From: Candidatus Bathyarchaeota archaeon
GTDB taxonomy: Archaea > Thermoproteota > Bathyarchaeia > Bathyarchaeales > Bathycorpusculaceae
DNA length: 64,000 nucleotides
Direction of reading: 5' to 3'
Assembly (NCBI GenBank): GCA_963772455.1
Contig: CAVYXJ010000011.1
Location: 64,001-128,000 of the forward strand
Shown: positions 29,886-40,749 of the stretch, in pieces
How the letters are laid out: each line of letters opens with the position of its first letter
Position numbering within the stretch: position 1 is the stretch's first letter
The notes under the pieces: model-generated
Database searches by the model: none
Told to the model about the DNA's origin: nothing
Seen by the model: only the letters and a program-made list of their open reading frames with translations
Translations under genes and position numbers: made by a program

Positions 29886-30941
29886 TTATAGTGTTGTTTG
29901 ACCGTTAGTTCTGGGCATTGCAATTGCTGAGATGCCTAAGCGTTTATTGATTTCTATAGCTAGAGCGTCGCCGTTGCTGCGATAATTATCGGTGATCACT
30001 TGCTTTGCTCCTGATCGTTTAACATATTCAATTAATCCGTCAAAGTCCGAGTGGTCACTTAGCGCTACTAAATGTTCTCGATCGCCTATTTGTCGACTGG
30101 GAAAGCGGAATTCCCATCCACTCAAACAGATGCGAGCATTACGCAATCCTACGTGTTGTCTTTGATTCATATGGTAAAATGCGACGCAGGGTAAGTTTTC
30201 TTCTAAAAGTTCCTGTCCTTCGTTATCAGAGGAAAGTGAAAGACAGCCTAAACGCATACCATGATGCTCACAAACTTTTGTAACTTCATAAACTCTTTCA
30301 GGCATGACAAAGGGTACCTCAACATCTGCGTCTCTTAGAAGTTGCATTGCTTCTTGCAATTTGCCATGATAACCAAAAACGTAAACTGTGCCACCTCGCA
30401 GACGTTTCTCAATCATTGAAACAAAGAGTTCACGTACATTTACATCGAAATTGCGCCTGCATGAAGGACTTCCATATGTGGCCTCAACAACTAAAACATC
30501 GCAATCCACAACTGGTGTACCGTCTAATCTGAAATCACCCGTCCAAACAATTCTGATACCTCCTGCGTCTTCAACTAAAACTTGTGCTGCACCCAAAATG
30601 TGGTCTGCTTTTATAAAACTGATTTTCTCGTCTTTGTACTTTAAGACTTTTCCGTATTCTAAGGTTTTTACTGCTGCACAATCTTTGAGTTTGAGAGATC
30701 CGTTGAGGGTTTCTGTGAGGTCTCTTGTGGCTTTAGTCATTAAAACTTTCTCGCATTTCTTTAGGCTGCTGCGTAAACCGTAGAGGTGGTCGGCGTGTGC
30801 ATGGGTTACAACTCGTAATGGTCTTGATGCGTCAAAGGCGTCGCAGGCGACATTGTCCCCTAACAAGACGGCGCCAGTTTTAGTTACTAAAGCTCTTTCA
30901 GCCAAACTTTGTCTTCTCTTTAAGTTTTTTCTGCCAACCAA
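29886..30941 (-). CDS. MBL-fold (beta-CASP-like) nuclease
   Basis: THAHADH, HILGAAQ, TGDF, EATYG, LSDHSDF. Confidence 0.85.
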   Translation of the reverse strand: MVGRKNLKRRQSLAERALVTKTGAVLLGDNVACDAFDASRPLRVVTHAHADHLYGLRSSLKKCEKVLMTKATRDLTETLNGSLKLKDCAAVKTLEYGKVLKYKDEKISFIKADHILGAAQVLVEDAGGIRIVWTGDFRLDGTPVVDCDVLVVEATYGSPSCRRNFDVNVRELFVSMIEKRLRGGTVYVFGYHGKLQEAMQLLRDADVEVPFVMPERVYEVTKVCEHHGMRLGCLSLSSDNEGQELLEENLPCVAFYHMNQRQHVGLRNARICLSGWEFRFPSRQIGDREHLVALSDHSDFDGLIEYVKRSGAKQVITDNYRSNGDALAIEINKRLGISAIAMPRTNGQTTL

Positions 30942-31318
30942 TCGATGAGTTGTTCAGGATTATCAGTTTCAATATTAACTCTAATTGGGCCTAAAGGTGA
31001 TTCGGCTGATTCTTCAGAAAAAGAGATGTGTCCTACAAAAGCCACTTGTTTGTTTAGGTAGAAAGAAATCATGTTGCCTCTGATTGATTTGAAAAGCAGT
31101 CTTCTTGATGCATCGCGAATTCGATCGTTGCGAAGTAGATTACGAAGTTTGACAAGTGAATCTTGTCCTTTAGCAATGGCAGTCAATGAGCTACCTTTTA
31201 TGGAGGGCTTAATAATTATTGTTGCATTATCGAGAAAGTTGTTGACTGCCGCTTTTACATTCTCTTCGTTTTCGGTAGGGTTAATTTGAGTTTCAACAAA
31301 AACTGTTACTTCAACCAT
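30920..31318 (-). CDS. UPF0201/DUF54 putative RNA-binding protein
   Basis: PTE....V..AV.N, RIRD..R, LNKQVA..G, PLGPI. Confidence 0.88.
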   Translation of the reverse strand: MVEVTVFVETQINPTENEENVKAAVNNFLDNATIIIKPSIKGSSLTAIAKGQDSLVKLRNLLRNDRIRDASRRLLFKSIRGNMISFYLNKQVAFVGHISFSEESAESPLGPIRVNIETDNPEQLIDWLAEKT

Positions 31319-31872
31319 TTCTTCTCAACCTCCTTCAATGAATCCTGTATTTTTCCTTTAACAACCTCTAAACTATTATCGTTCACTATAATCTGTTCAG
31401 CCATAGCAATTACGTTTCCTAAACCAACTGTGAGTTCACGAATATCTCGTTCATTGAATACTTTCCACTCAGTTGGGTCATCACTTCTGTGCCTTTTGGA
31501 AAGGCGATTAAAACGGATTTCGGGTGAGGCATGTATTGCTAAAAGGCTGAATTTGGAAAAATGTTCTTTGAATATGTCAGCTTCAAATAGGCTTCTTAAA
31601 CCATCTACTAGGATTTTGTTGCTTGCTTGTTCTAAAATTTTTGGGACACATTTTTGGGCGATAACAAAGTTACCTTCTTTTTGGCGCAATTCAAGCATAA
31701 CTTTCCCAACATTCTGAGGAGTCAACTCAAAGCCACGCTTAAGTGTCTCTTGCCTGACAACATCGCCCATAACCACAACAGCATAACCCAAGTCGCGAGC
31801 GGTATCAACAACCAAAGATTTTCCTGAACCAGGCATCCCAGTTAAACCAATAACTAATTTGTCAGCTTTCAC
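31306..31872 (-). CDS. UPF0200 nucleotide kinase (dephospho-CoA kinase-like)
   Basis: TGMPGSGKS, MGDVVR, DGLRS..E, RD.REL..G.G; start GTG 31872. Confidence 0.85.
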   Translation of the reverse strand: MKADKLVIGLTGMPGSGKSLVVDTARDLGYAVVVMGDVVRQETLKRGFELTPQNVGKVMLELRQKEGNFVIAQKCVPKILEQASNKILVDGLRSLFEADIFKEHFSKFSLLAIHASPEIRFNRLSKRHRSDDPTEWKVFNERDIRELTVGLGNVIAMAEQIIVNDNSLEVVKGKIQDSLKEVEKKWLK

Positions 31873-32334
31873 GTTATCTTGACCCTTTTCGGTTGTATAG
31901 CAGGATACTTGATTAAAAAGTCTATTGCACATACTTAATACTGGTAAGTTCTTTCTTCAAAAGCATCTTCAACGTATCACTGTTAAGCTGGCTACTCAAG
32001 CGTTGCTTATGAGATAGACGCAGCCGTTCTTTGTGCTCTAGATCTATTTTTCTGGCAAGTGCAGAGTCAACTTTTCCACAAACCATCATTTACAGTCACG
32101 CCTGCCATAACCTCAACATTAACCAAAGAGCCGAATCTGGCAAACAAATCAACGAACCTAAACCCCAATATGAACGACAAACCGATTCAGATTTTATTGG
32201 CGCTAACGCATGGCATGACAACTCAAATGATGAAATTTCATTCAAGAAAATATCATTACAAAACCGATTGAAAGCAGAATTTGACCGAACAGAATAGGCA
32301 AATCTTTTAAGTAAATTAACATCATAAAAGCAAA

Positions 32335-32667
32335 ATGGCGATTGAAATTTCAGGGTTAGGTTTCAACTTATTTGGCGGTAAAAAAGCGAAGAAACAAAAG
32401 AAAAGAACCCAATTAGCAAAAAATCAAGCAACTGGTTTAGGCGTTCAAAGATTACATGAAATCGGTTATGCTATGCAAGGTTTCAATGTTACAAGGAAAA
32501 AAACTGGATGTGATTTTGAAGCAACAAGGCAAAATCCTTATACTGGAAAAAAAGAACACCTGTTTGTTGAATCCAAAAGTAGTTCAACTGCAACAGTTAG
32601 ACCGCTACAGAAAAAAATGCAGAAAAAGAAAAGAAAAAATTATAAAATAGAACGTGGGCTTCTTTAA
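32335..32667 (+). CDS. Small PD-(D/E)XK nuclease-like protein
   Basis: G.DFEATR...LFVESKS..; very basic. Confidence 0.55.
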   Translation: MAIEISGLGFNLFGGKKAKKQKKRTQLAKNQATGLGVQRLHEIGYAMQGFNVTRKKTGCDFEATRQNPYTGKKEHLFVESKSSSTATVRPLQKKMQKKKRKNYKIERGLL

Positions 32668-32984
32668 CTCAAATTAACAACTAAATTAAGTTATTGCGTA
32701 ACTGCCATTAAACACTACTCTTGTTTTGTGCGATTTAACTTAACTTTATCAAGGAATTGTTTAGCGGCTCGTTTGTGTTATCTAAATCTGAAAGAAACCA
32801 AAGAGCAGATGAAGTTTAAGCGAATACCTCAACTCATCAACAACGTGATTTCTTTCTTTGACTTCGACATGGTACTCTCAAAGTTCCGATACTATATTTA
32901 TGCAGAGAGGCGAATAAACAATCCAAGCTTTTTTGAATAAACATTTATGAGTGTTTGTGTTAAAATCTTTAGAAGGAACATTTA

Positions 32985-33548
32985 ATGTCCGAGCAAATAA
33001 GAAGCTTCATCGCTTTCGACCTCAAAAATGATAACGTATTGAATAGAATAAATGCAGCGCAAAAACTGTTAATGCAAACAAATGCAGACCTTAAAATGGT
33101 TGAGCCATCCAACATCCATATCACATTACGATTTCTAGGTGGAATTAGCCCAGAGATGGTTGATAAAGTTCATGCTGCCATGAAGAACGTCAAGTTCATT
33201 CCCTTTAACGTTCAACTCAGAGGTTTAGGAGTTTTTCCAACACTTAATTATCCACGGGTTGTTTGGGCTGGAATAACCGATGGGGCAGAACAATTAAAAA
33301 GCATCTTTGAACAACTTGAACCCCAAATCCATGAGTTAGGCTTTGCGCCAGACCCTAACGGTTTTAGCCCACATTTAACGATTGCACGCGTTAGGACGGG
33401 AGCAAACAAACAGCGCTTAATTGATTTGGTAACTAAACAAGCTAATTATGAATTTGGAAACATAAGAGCAGATTGTTTAAGGCTTAAAAAAAGTCAGCTT
33501 TCACCTAAAGGTCCAACTTACTCTACGCTCAAAGAATACTGCCCCTAA
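32985..33548 (+). CDS. thpR: RNA 2',3'-cyclic phosphodiesterase (2H family)
   Basis: HITLRFLG, PRVVWAG, PHLTIAR, S.LSP.GP.Y. Confidence 0.93.
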   Translation: MSEQIRSFIAFDLKNDNVLNRINAAQKLLMQTNADLKMVEPSNIHITLRFLGGISPEMVDKVHAAMKNVKFIPFNVQLRGLGVFPTLNYPRVVWAGITDGAEQLKSIFEQLEPQIHELGFAPDPNGFSPHLTIARVRTGANKQRLIDLVTKQANYEFGNIRADCLRLKKSQLSPKGPTYSTLKEYCP

Positions 33549-33558
33549 ATGATAAGCC

Positions 33559-34983
33559 ATGGAAAACGAATTAAATGCGTTGTCTAAGCGAATCCTCGAA
33601 AAGATCACGCCTAAAAAAGAGGAATACGCCAAAATTGACGCTTTAAGTCGCGAACTTGAACAGAAAATTTTGTTTGCATGCAAACAAGAAGGTGTAGAGG
33701 CAAAAGTGCGGGTTGAAGGTTCCGTTGCCAAGGATACATGGTTGAGTGAAAATCCCGATATCGACATTTTTATGCGTTTGCCAACCTCGATTCCAAGAAA
33801 AAACCTGGGCGATATCGGGTTAAAAATTGCGAAAAAAGCTGCTGGCACCGCAGAGCAGTTGGAACGTTTTGCTGAGCATCCTTACCTTGAAATTTTCCTT
33901 GACGGTTACCGCGTCGACATTGTACCTTGTTATGATGCTAAACCAGGTGAATGGCAAAGCGCAACTGATCGAACGCCCTATCACACAGATTACATCAACA
34001 ACCATTTGAACAAAGTAGCACGTGCTGAAGTTCGGCTATTAAAAAGATTTATGCAGGGTATTGGCGTTTACGGTGCAGAGATCAAAATCGGCGGTTTTAG
34101 TGGTTACCTTTGCGAACTATTGATAATGAAGTATGGGACATTCGCTCAAACCATAATAGCCTTCGCAGAATATCACGGGCGTATAATAATAGATCTTCAG
34201 GGCTTTTATGCAGAAAGAGAAAACGAGCTAAAGTTGCTTTTTCCTGAGCCACTTGTTATCATTGACCCAGTTGATAAAGGAAGAAATGTCGCTTCAGCAG
34301 TGCAACCTCCAAAATTGTACATATTTGTTGGTGCAGCAAGAGCGTTTTTGAAAAAGCCAACTGAAGAATTTTTTTATCCAGCTAAACCACAGGTTTTATC
34401 TTCAGACGTATTGAAGAGGCAGATTGAAAAACGTGGGTCATCCCTCGTATTTTTGATAATTGGAGAGTTAAATGCTGTCCCAGACGTACTTTGGGGACAA
34501 CTGTATAGATCAAAACGTTCTCTGCGAACGCTCCTTGAATTAGGCGATTACAAGATTTTAAAAGATGCAATTTGGAGCAACGAGAAAACCCTCAGTATAT
34601 TCATCTTTGAACTTGAAGCACAAGTTTTACCCAACATCAAGAAACATCTTGGTCCCCCGCTTGAACGGGAAACTGAATGTGAAAAGTACCTCAACAAATA
34701 TAGTTGCAATGAAAGCGTGATTTCTGGACCCTACATTGAAGATGGACGCTGGATAGTCGAATTACCGCGCAAAACAACTGATGCAGTTGCATTGTTGAAA
34801 GAAAAGTTGTTGGATGGAGGTAAAAACGCTGGTATTGCTGATTTAATTTCAAAAACAATGCAGAAAAACCTCAGAGTAGCTGTTGGCAATGAAGTGCAAG
34901 CAGTCTATGAAGGGAATAATGATTTTGCAGAGTTCTTGACAGATTTTCTTTCCGGTAAACCTTTTTGGCTAAAAATCTTGTAA
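33559..34983 (+). CDS. cca: Archaeal class I CCA-adding enzyme
   Basis: GS.AKDTWL...DIDIF, AEHPY, SATDRTP.H, YGAE...GFSGYL.EL, DPVD..RNVA. Confidence 0.96.
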   Translation: MENELNALSKRILEKITPKKEEYAKIDALSRELEQKILFACKQEGVEAKVRVEGSVAKDTWLSENPDIDIFMRLPTSIPRKNLGDIGLKIAKKAAGTAEQLERFAEHPYLEIFLDGYRVDIVPCYDAKPGEWQSATDRTPYHTDYINNHLNKVARAEVRLLKRFMQGIGVYGAEIKIGGFSGYLCELLIMKYGTFAQTIIAFAEYHGRIIIDLQGFYAERENELKLLFPEPLVIIDPVDKGRNVASAVQPPKLYIFVGAARAFLKKPTEEFFYPAKPQVLSSDVLKRQIEKRGSSLVFLIIGELNAVPDVLWGQLYRSKRSLRTLLELGDYKILKDAIWSNEKTLSIFIFELEAQVLPNIKKHLGPPLERETECEKYLNKYSCNESVISGPYIEDGRWIVELPRKTTDAVALLKEKLLDGGKNAGIADLISKTMQKNLRVAVGNEVQAVYEGNNDFAEFLTDFLSGKPFWLKIL

Positions 34984-35083
34984 ACTCCTAAGAAGTATAG
35001 TGATGAATAACGTTTTTGTCCATTCGTTTGTAAAAAAATAATTAATTTTCCTGCATCAAAAAAATGTGCAGGTCACCACGGGT

Positions 35084-36271
35084 TTATTGGGTTACGGAGT
35101 GGTACCAGCTGATAATGTATTCTGGTAGATTAAGACCTCTTTCACCCAGCCTCTCTGCGAGTTTGACTGGTAGTGGACTTAGTACATATGCTGCCCTTGT
35201 GTAGAAGCGTCTTGGAGTAGAAGGCTTAACTTCTTCTGGTAAGACAATTTTTAGGTCAGCTTTCTTAGCCAAAGTTGAGTCTGCGTTTCCGGTAATTGCG
35301 AAAACTGTGCCTCCGAATTTCTTTAGCACATCCGCCCAAATGATGACAGGGCGGGTTTCGCCTGAGAACGATAGTAAAATTTCTAAATCGCCAGCTCTTG
35401 GATGCGGGGTGTTGACGCCTCTTGTAATGTATACGTTATCGCCAAGAAAACTTTTAATGTGGAAAAGTCGAACGCCGGTCATTTTGGCAATTTCGTTTCC
35501 GGTGCCTTTTCCGCCCAGGAAAACGTTTGTTCTTTTTTCCATTATGTCGACGAGTTTAGTGTAGGTTTCTGAGTTCATGTTGGCATCTATCATTTCGCCA
35601 ACTTTTTGGAATTCTTCTTCGCATAGACGGAAAACGTCGCTGACTGGGAGGTTTCGAAATATGGCTTCTATCATGCTGTTTAAAAGTTCAAGAGTTCCAA
35701 GTTCGAAGATGTCGCCCATCATGCCTGTTTCTGCGTATTCAGCGCCGGGCTTGTTTTTTCCTCGTCCTTTTATTTGGACAACTTGACCATATTTGTTTGT
35801 GATATCAGCTAATGGAGATGATAATGCTGATGTTAAGAGTCCCATGGAGAAATGAGTGGATTTCTTCTCTTCAATATATTTAGCTAAGTCCTGCGCCATG
35901 ACAAGTGGGTCGTCACTGTAGCCACTACCCGAATTCATCAGAAGCAAGGTCTTTTTATAGCGACGTTCCAAATCTGGAGCAGCATCATACATGCTTTTGC
36001 CTGGAAACCCAGGATCGTCAGGCGTTAAAACAACTTTGTTACGCCAACCTGCTTGGCTAAGAGCGATTTGACTCATAGCAGCATTAAGTGAGTAAAGTGA
36101 TCTGCCTGAACCTCCGCAGATTACACAGTCTGCAGCATTAAGGTCATCAAATAGAGGTGCAAGTTCCCTTTTTCTTATACTCATAATGTTTTCTTGGATT
36201 TTATTTACATATCCAATTGTGCTGACTTTGCTTTTGATACCAACCGCACCTTCAGTGCAAACATGATTCAA
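35084..36271 (-). CDS. Tandem SIS-domain sugar-phosphate isomerase-like protein (PHI-like)
   Basis: Two repeats: GSGRS/SGSG and GKG.G/SFSGET...AITG...S.LA. Confidence 0.7.
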   Translation of the reverse strand: MNHVCTEGAVGIKSKVSTIGYVNKIQENIMSIRKRELAPLFDDLNAADCVICGGSGRSLYSLNAAMSQIALSQAGWRNKVVLTPDDPGFPGKSMYDAAPDLERRYKKTLLLMNSGSGYSDDPLVMAQDLAKYIEEKKSTHFSMGLLTSALSSPLADITNKYGQVVQIKGRGKNKPGAEYAETGMMGDIFELGTLELLNSMIEAIFRNLPVSDVFRLCEEEFQKVGEMIDANMNSETYTKLVDIMEKRTNVFLGGKGTGNEIAKMTGVRLFHIKSFLGDNVYITRGVNTPHPRAGDLEILLSFSGETRPVIIWADVLKKFGGTVFAITGNADSTLAKKADLKIVLPEEVKPSTPRRFYTRAAYVLSPLPVKLAERLGERGLNLPEYIISWYHSVTQ

Positions 36272-36587
36272 AGATTAGCTATATTATTCTTGCGCTAGCC
36301 AACTAAAGTTCGAGTCGACTTTGATCATCGATCTATGGTCTAATCGAAAAGAAATTAAAGATTTTTTTGTTTTTCTAAGATATTTGCAAATATTCGAAGT
36401 TAACCAATCTAGCGACAAACACAATTACCTATTATATCAAGAACCTAGGAGATACTTAATAATTTTGAATAGGGATTTGCACCAGAAAAGTATAGAAAAG
36501 AAAATAAAAACTGTAATTATTTGTACTTTTAATCGCCAAATATTTATATTAAAAAGCAACCATCAAGCCAACAGACCAGTGAAAGTT

Positions 36588-37220
36588 ATGTCACAAAAAG
36601 AAGCCGAAAAATACCAATTTCTAGTTAAATTAGCCCTCGAAAACGGTGCTACAGACGCCAAAATAATTCCAACAAGCAAAGTCGTCATCGAAGATCGAGT
36701 GGTACTAAAATGTAAAGTCGGTTGCAACCACTACGGCAAAACCCTCGCCTGCCCACCCTACACACCTTCAGCTGAGGAATTCCGCAAAATAGTCAGCGAA
36801 TATGGTTACGCCATGTTTATGAAATTCGCTTCAAATGCGCAAGCTGAACCAGAGGTTTTAGCTAAGTTAATGGTTGCAGAAACAGATCCATCAGTTTCAA
36901 AAGAAATCAAGGAGAAAGCAGCAAAGTTCTGGAAAGACTGGAAAGACGACAAACGCAAAATGCTTCAGAGCGTTGTTGATTTGGAAAAAGCTGCAATGAA
37001 CAAAGGTTACAGTTTAGCAATATCGTTTGTTTCGGGTCATTGTCAACTCTGCGAAAAATGCAATACAGAATCAAAAATTTGTGCTCATCCTAACTTGGCA
37101 CGCTGGTCTGAAGACGCTGTTGGCGTCAATGTAAAGAAAACCGCGGCAAACGCTGGAATAACCGTTACTTTTCCGTTTGCAAAAAACCCTGAATCCTTCG
37201 CAATACTTCTAATCGATTAA
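36588..37220 (+). CDS. DUF2284 metal-binding protein
   Basis: KC..GC..YG....CPP, G.C.LC..C, C..P...R.S.DA.G.NV; start ATG 36588. Confidence 0.85.
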   Translation: MSQKEAEKYQFLVKLALENGATDAKIIPTSKVVIEDRVVLKCKVGCNHYGKTLACPPYTPSAEEFRKIVSEYGYAMFMKFASNAQAEPEVLAKLMVAETDPSVSKEIKEKAAKFWKDWKDDKRKMLQSVVDLEKAAMNKGYSLAISFVSGHCQLCEKCNTESKICAHPNLARWSEDAVGVNVKKTAANAGITVTFPFAKNPESFAILLID

Positions 37221-37713
37221 CTTCAGGAGAACAGGTAAAAATAAATAATTTAACCATTGGCAAAGAACATGAATTTATTCATAATTTGTTATAATGAGTT
37301 ATAGAGGATAAATACTGAAAGAAGCTATGATTAAGCTTAAGAAATAAGTAGTTAAAATAATAAAAAACATAAGAAACTTGCAACGAAACTATTTTGGACT
37401 TAATAATTTTAGCAGAAGCGTAAGATATTGGCAAATAAAACACTATATTTAAAAGATAACAATAATTCGTTAAAAGTAGAAGAAGTCCAAAAGTAGAAGA
37501 AAGCAAATTTTTCACTATTCTTCTTCTAACAAATACTTATTTTCGCCACAATCTAAAGTTTCTTCGAAAAAAAATCTATCAAAACAAACCCAAAGTTTAA
37601 AGAAGAAAAGCATAAACTAAAATCGCAATGAAAAGCTGATAAACTTCATTTTATTCTGGTATTTCATCGTTAAAATTAAAGTTGATTAATCAAAAAATCA
37701 AAGTATTGACTTT

Positions 37714-38256
37714 TTAGATGTTGATGTGCCTTAGATATTTGTTCCAAAGGTATGAAGCTGCGTATCCTGCTACGCCACCTGAGACTGGACCCATAAACAA
37801 GACCATTGCATCGAGCATTTGGCTTCTTTGAACAAACAAACTGACAAAAGAAAATCCGTTTAGGTATTGCGGGAAAATGGCAAACGCAGAGTAGCTGGAA
37901 ACAGCTATCAACAATGTACTAATGGCCATGGCTACAATCAATCGGTTGCGGTTTACGCCTTGCTGTGAACCTTTGATTTTGAATAGTAATAAGAAAACAT
38001 CAACGAAGACGCCAAAGAGGAAGGCAAAAAAGAATGTGAATGGACCTAAAGCTGGGCTAACGAGTGCAGTTAAGAGTCCTCCGACTGCTCCAACATACAT
38101 GGCGCCTACTTTTGGAATGAATAGTCCGCTTACTGCGAGTAGAACTGCTTGGACAACTATGACTAGATAGTTTAGTGGGGGTGGCAAAAACACGTTTGTG
38201 ACGAAAATTATTGTGCCGAAAAGGGCTACAATGAATAAACGTTGAATCTTCTGCAT
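37714..38256 (-). CDS. Membrane protein, possible ECF-type substrate component
   Basis: 5-6 TM helices, about 180 aa. Confidence 0.55.
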   Translation of the reverse strand: MQKIQRLFIVALFGTIIFVTNVFLPPPLNYLVIVVQAVLLAVSGLFIPKVGAMYVGAVGGLLTALVSPALGPFTFFFAFLFGVFVDVFLLLFKIKGSQQGVNRNRLIVAMAISTLLIAVSSYSAFAIFPQYLNGFSFVSLFVQRSQMLDAMVLFMGPVSGGVAGYAASYLWNKYLRHINI

Positions 38257-38437
38257 CCATGTACCCCCGAATAGTATAGGAGTTCACGTTTCCTTCTAAA
38301 AAGCTTAATGTTAAAGTTGAAAAAAAGAAAAACTTGAGTAAAGATGTAATTTAATTTTAATGGAAAGTTATAAATTGGCAAGATGCAATATTTGGTATTA
38401 TATAATAATTAACTGATAAATGTAAAATTGGGGATAA

Positions 38438-39196
38438 TTGAAAATGAGCACTCACGCAGAAGATTTGAAGCTCCGACTAATGACAATTGAGCTTCTTCGA
38501 ACGGCAAAATACAAACGGAACATTACTTACAGAGAATTAGCTACTAAAACTGGTTTACCAGTCACTGTGCTAAGCCGCTATGCAAAAGGTCATGTTTTGC
38601 CAAACACAGTAAGAGCAAAACAACTTTGGCGTGTGCTTACAAAACTTGTTGGATTAGAAGTAGAACTACGAAGCAGAATAAAATTTGACGATACAGGCTA
38701 TTTTGATAACACAGAAATCGTAGGTGACTACAATATCCTCCAGCAAGCAGCAAATCATGCCTTAGCAAATTTCGCGGGTAAACGCGTTACTAAAATCTTA
38801 ACTGCCGCCGTCGATGGCATACCCCTAGCTACAATGGTCGCAAACTCACTTGGAGTAAACCTCATCGTTGCCAAACGCAACAAAGAAGTCGGAGTAAAAG
38901 CCTTCCTTGAAGAAACATACATTTTAGGGCGAGATTCAGGCGTAACCGTAACTCTTTATATCCCCAAAGAATCTATCAAAAAACGAGACAGCGTCCTCGT
39001 AGTTGATGATATGATCAAGAGCGGCGAAACTCAAGAAGCTCTAGTTAACCTTGTTAAAAAGTCAAAAGCTGAGGTTTCAGGTATCTTCTCACTGATTGCT
39101 GTTGGAGAAGAATGGAAGAAACGGCTAAAATCAGGTGAAGACTCACCCGTTGAAGTTGTCACTCATTTGAAATCTCCCTTCGACACTTCATCTTAA
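38438..39196 (+). CDS. HTH-phosphoribosyltransferase (PurR/Apt-like regulator)
   Basis: TYRELA..TGL..TVLSRY.KG..LP HTH; VLVVDD.I.SGET PRPP motif. Confidence 0.85.
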   Translation: MKMSTHAEDLKLRLMTIELLRTAKYKRNITYRELATKTGLPVTVLSRYAKGHVLPNTVRAKQLWRVLTKLVGLEVELRSRIKFDDTGYFDNTEIVGDYNILQQAANHALANFAGKRVTKILTAAVDGIPLATMVANSLGVNLIVAKRNKEVGVKAFLEETYILGRDSGVTVTLYIPKESIKKRDSVLVVDDMIKSGETQEALVNLVKKSKAEVSGIFSLIAVGEEWKKRLKSGEDSPVEVVTHLKSPFDTSS

Positions 39197-39227
39197 TCCC
39201 TCCTTCTTGATTTTTTAATCGAAATGT

Positions 39228-39629
39228 GTGAAAACAATGAACAAAATAGGCCACATAACCCTGCTTGTTAAAGACCAAGATGAAGCATTAAAATTCTACA
39301 CTCAAAAGCTCGGATTTCAAAAACGCCAAGATATAGTCATCGCCAAAAATGTAAGGTGGGTTACTGTTTCGCCCAAAGGTCAAGAAGATCTTGAGTTAAC
39401 ATTTGTTGTTGCTGACAGCGAAGAGAAACGTAAGGCAGTAGGTAAGCAAGCGGGAAATCACGTTTTTCTCACGTTAGAATCAGATGATTGCCGAAAAGAA
39501 TACAAAGCATTGCTAGCAAAGGGCGTAAAGTTTTATGGCAAGCCAGAAATTCAAGCTTGGGGCGTTGACGTAGTTTTTGAAGACCTTTACGGCAACTTGT
39601 TAGATTTAGTTCAACGTTTCAAGCGTTAA
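39228..39629 (+). CDS. VOC/glyoxalase family protein
   Basis: V.DQDEAL.FY..KLGF, RWVTV, WG....F.D.YGN. Confidence 0.88.
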   Translation: MKTMNKIGHITLLVKDQDEALKFYTQKLGFQKRQDIVIAKNVRWVTVSPKGQEDLELTFVVADSEEKRKAVGKQAGNHVFLTLESDDCRKEYKALLAKGVKFYGKPEIQAWGVDVVFEDLYGNLLDLVQRFKR

Positions 39630-39696
39630 TACTAGAAAATCTTTAACAGAACCGCCACAACTAATCGATATTGTAATCACGTTGAGGTAAATAGAA

Positions 39697-40719
39697 TTGC
39701 GGATGATTAAGTGGCAAAATGGTATTGTTATAACACCTGACCAAACCAAACTTCCCCTACAAGAGATTACTTTGGAAATTAAGACGGTGGAGCAAATGGC
39801 TGAAGCTATAAAAACTCTGCGTGTTCGAGGAGCTCCACTTCTTGGTGCCGCAGCTGGGTTTGGCATGGCATTGGCAGCTTATCACTCAAACGCAAAAACA
39901 AAAGCAAAATTGCTCGCTGAATTAGAATTGGCTGGCAAAATCATTAAACGCCAAAGACCTACAGCTGTAAACCTGTTTTGGGGAGTAGACCGCGTATTAA
40001 ACAAGGCGAAAAACGTTTCAGGCTCCGTTGAAGAAATTAAAGCTTCAGTTATTGAGGAAGCAAATAAAATCGCGGATGAAGATGCAGCCCAAAACCATGC
40101 GATTGGCAAGAATGGTTCAGTTCTCATTGATGATGGCGATACAATTTTGACTCATTGCAACGCAGGCGAATTGGCAACTGTCGAGTACGGAACTGCCCTA
40201 GGAGTTGTACGTGCAGCTTGTGAACAGGGCAAAAAAATTAAAGTCATCGCAGACGAAACCCGGCCACTTCTACAAGGTGCAAGGCTTACTACTTACGAAC
40301 TTAAACGCGATGGCATTCCAATTACATTGATTACGGATAATATGGCTGGTTACATCATGAGCAAAGGTCTTATCAACAAGGTTATTGTGGGGGCAGATCG
40401 CATTGTGCAAGATGCCGTTTTCAACAAGATAGGCACTTATAGCGTCGCTGTTCTGGCGCATGAACATAAAATTCCCTTCTATGTCGCTGCACCAAAATCT
40501 ACCTTCGATTTAACCTGCAAAGCTGCCGACGTTGAAGTTGAAGAAAGAAAACCTGAGGAAGTTACCCACATAGGAGGAGTACAAGTTGCTCCCAACGGTG
40601 TAAACGTCATGAACCCATCTTTTGATCCAACCCCCCTCAAATACGTAACAGCCATCATAACCGAGAGCCGCGTCATCTACAACAAAGACTTTGGTGAATT
40701 CAGAAAGGGAAAAGTATAG
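39697..40719 (+). CDS. mtnA: S-methyl-5-thioribose-1-phosphate isomerase (eIF2B-alpha family)
   Basis: VRGAP, RPTAVNL, THCNAG.LAT..YGTALG, ETRPLLQGARLT, NKIGTY. Confidence 0.9.
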   Translation: MRMIKWQNGIVITPDQTKLPLQEITLEIKTVEQMAEAIKTLRVRGAPLLGAAAGFGMALAAYHSNAKTKAKLLAELELAGKIIKRQRPTAVNLFWGVDRVLNKAKNVSGSVEEIKASVIEEANKIADEDAAQNHAIGKNGSVLIDDGDTILTHCNAGELATVEYGTALGVVRAACEQGKKIKVIADETRPLLQGARLTTYELKRDGIPITLITDNMAGYIMSKGLINKVIVGADRIVQDAVFNKIGTYSVAVLAHEHKIPFYVAAPKSTFDLTCKAADVEVEERKPEEVTHIGGVQVAPNGVNVMNPSFDPTPLKYVTAIITESRVIYNKDFGEFRKGKV

Positions 40720-40749
40720 CTTCTTAGAGTGTAGAGTAGCGATCAATTA

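Noticed and set aside
37279-37515. 78-aa hydrophobic ORF in a very AT-rich spacer
   Set aside because: F/L/Y/I/N bias is expected from AT-rich noncoding DNA
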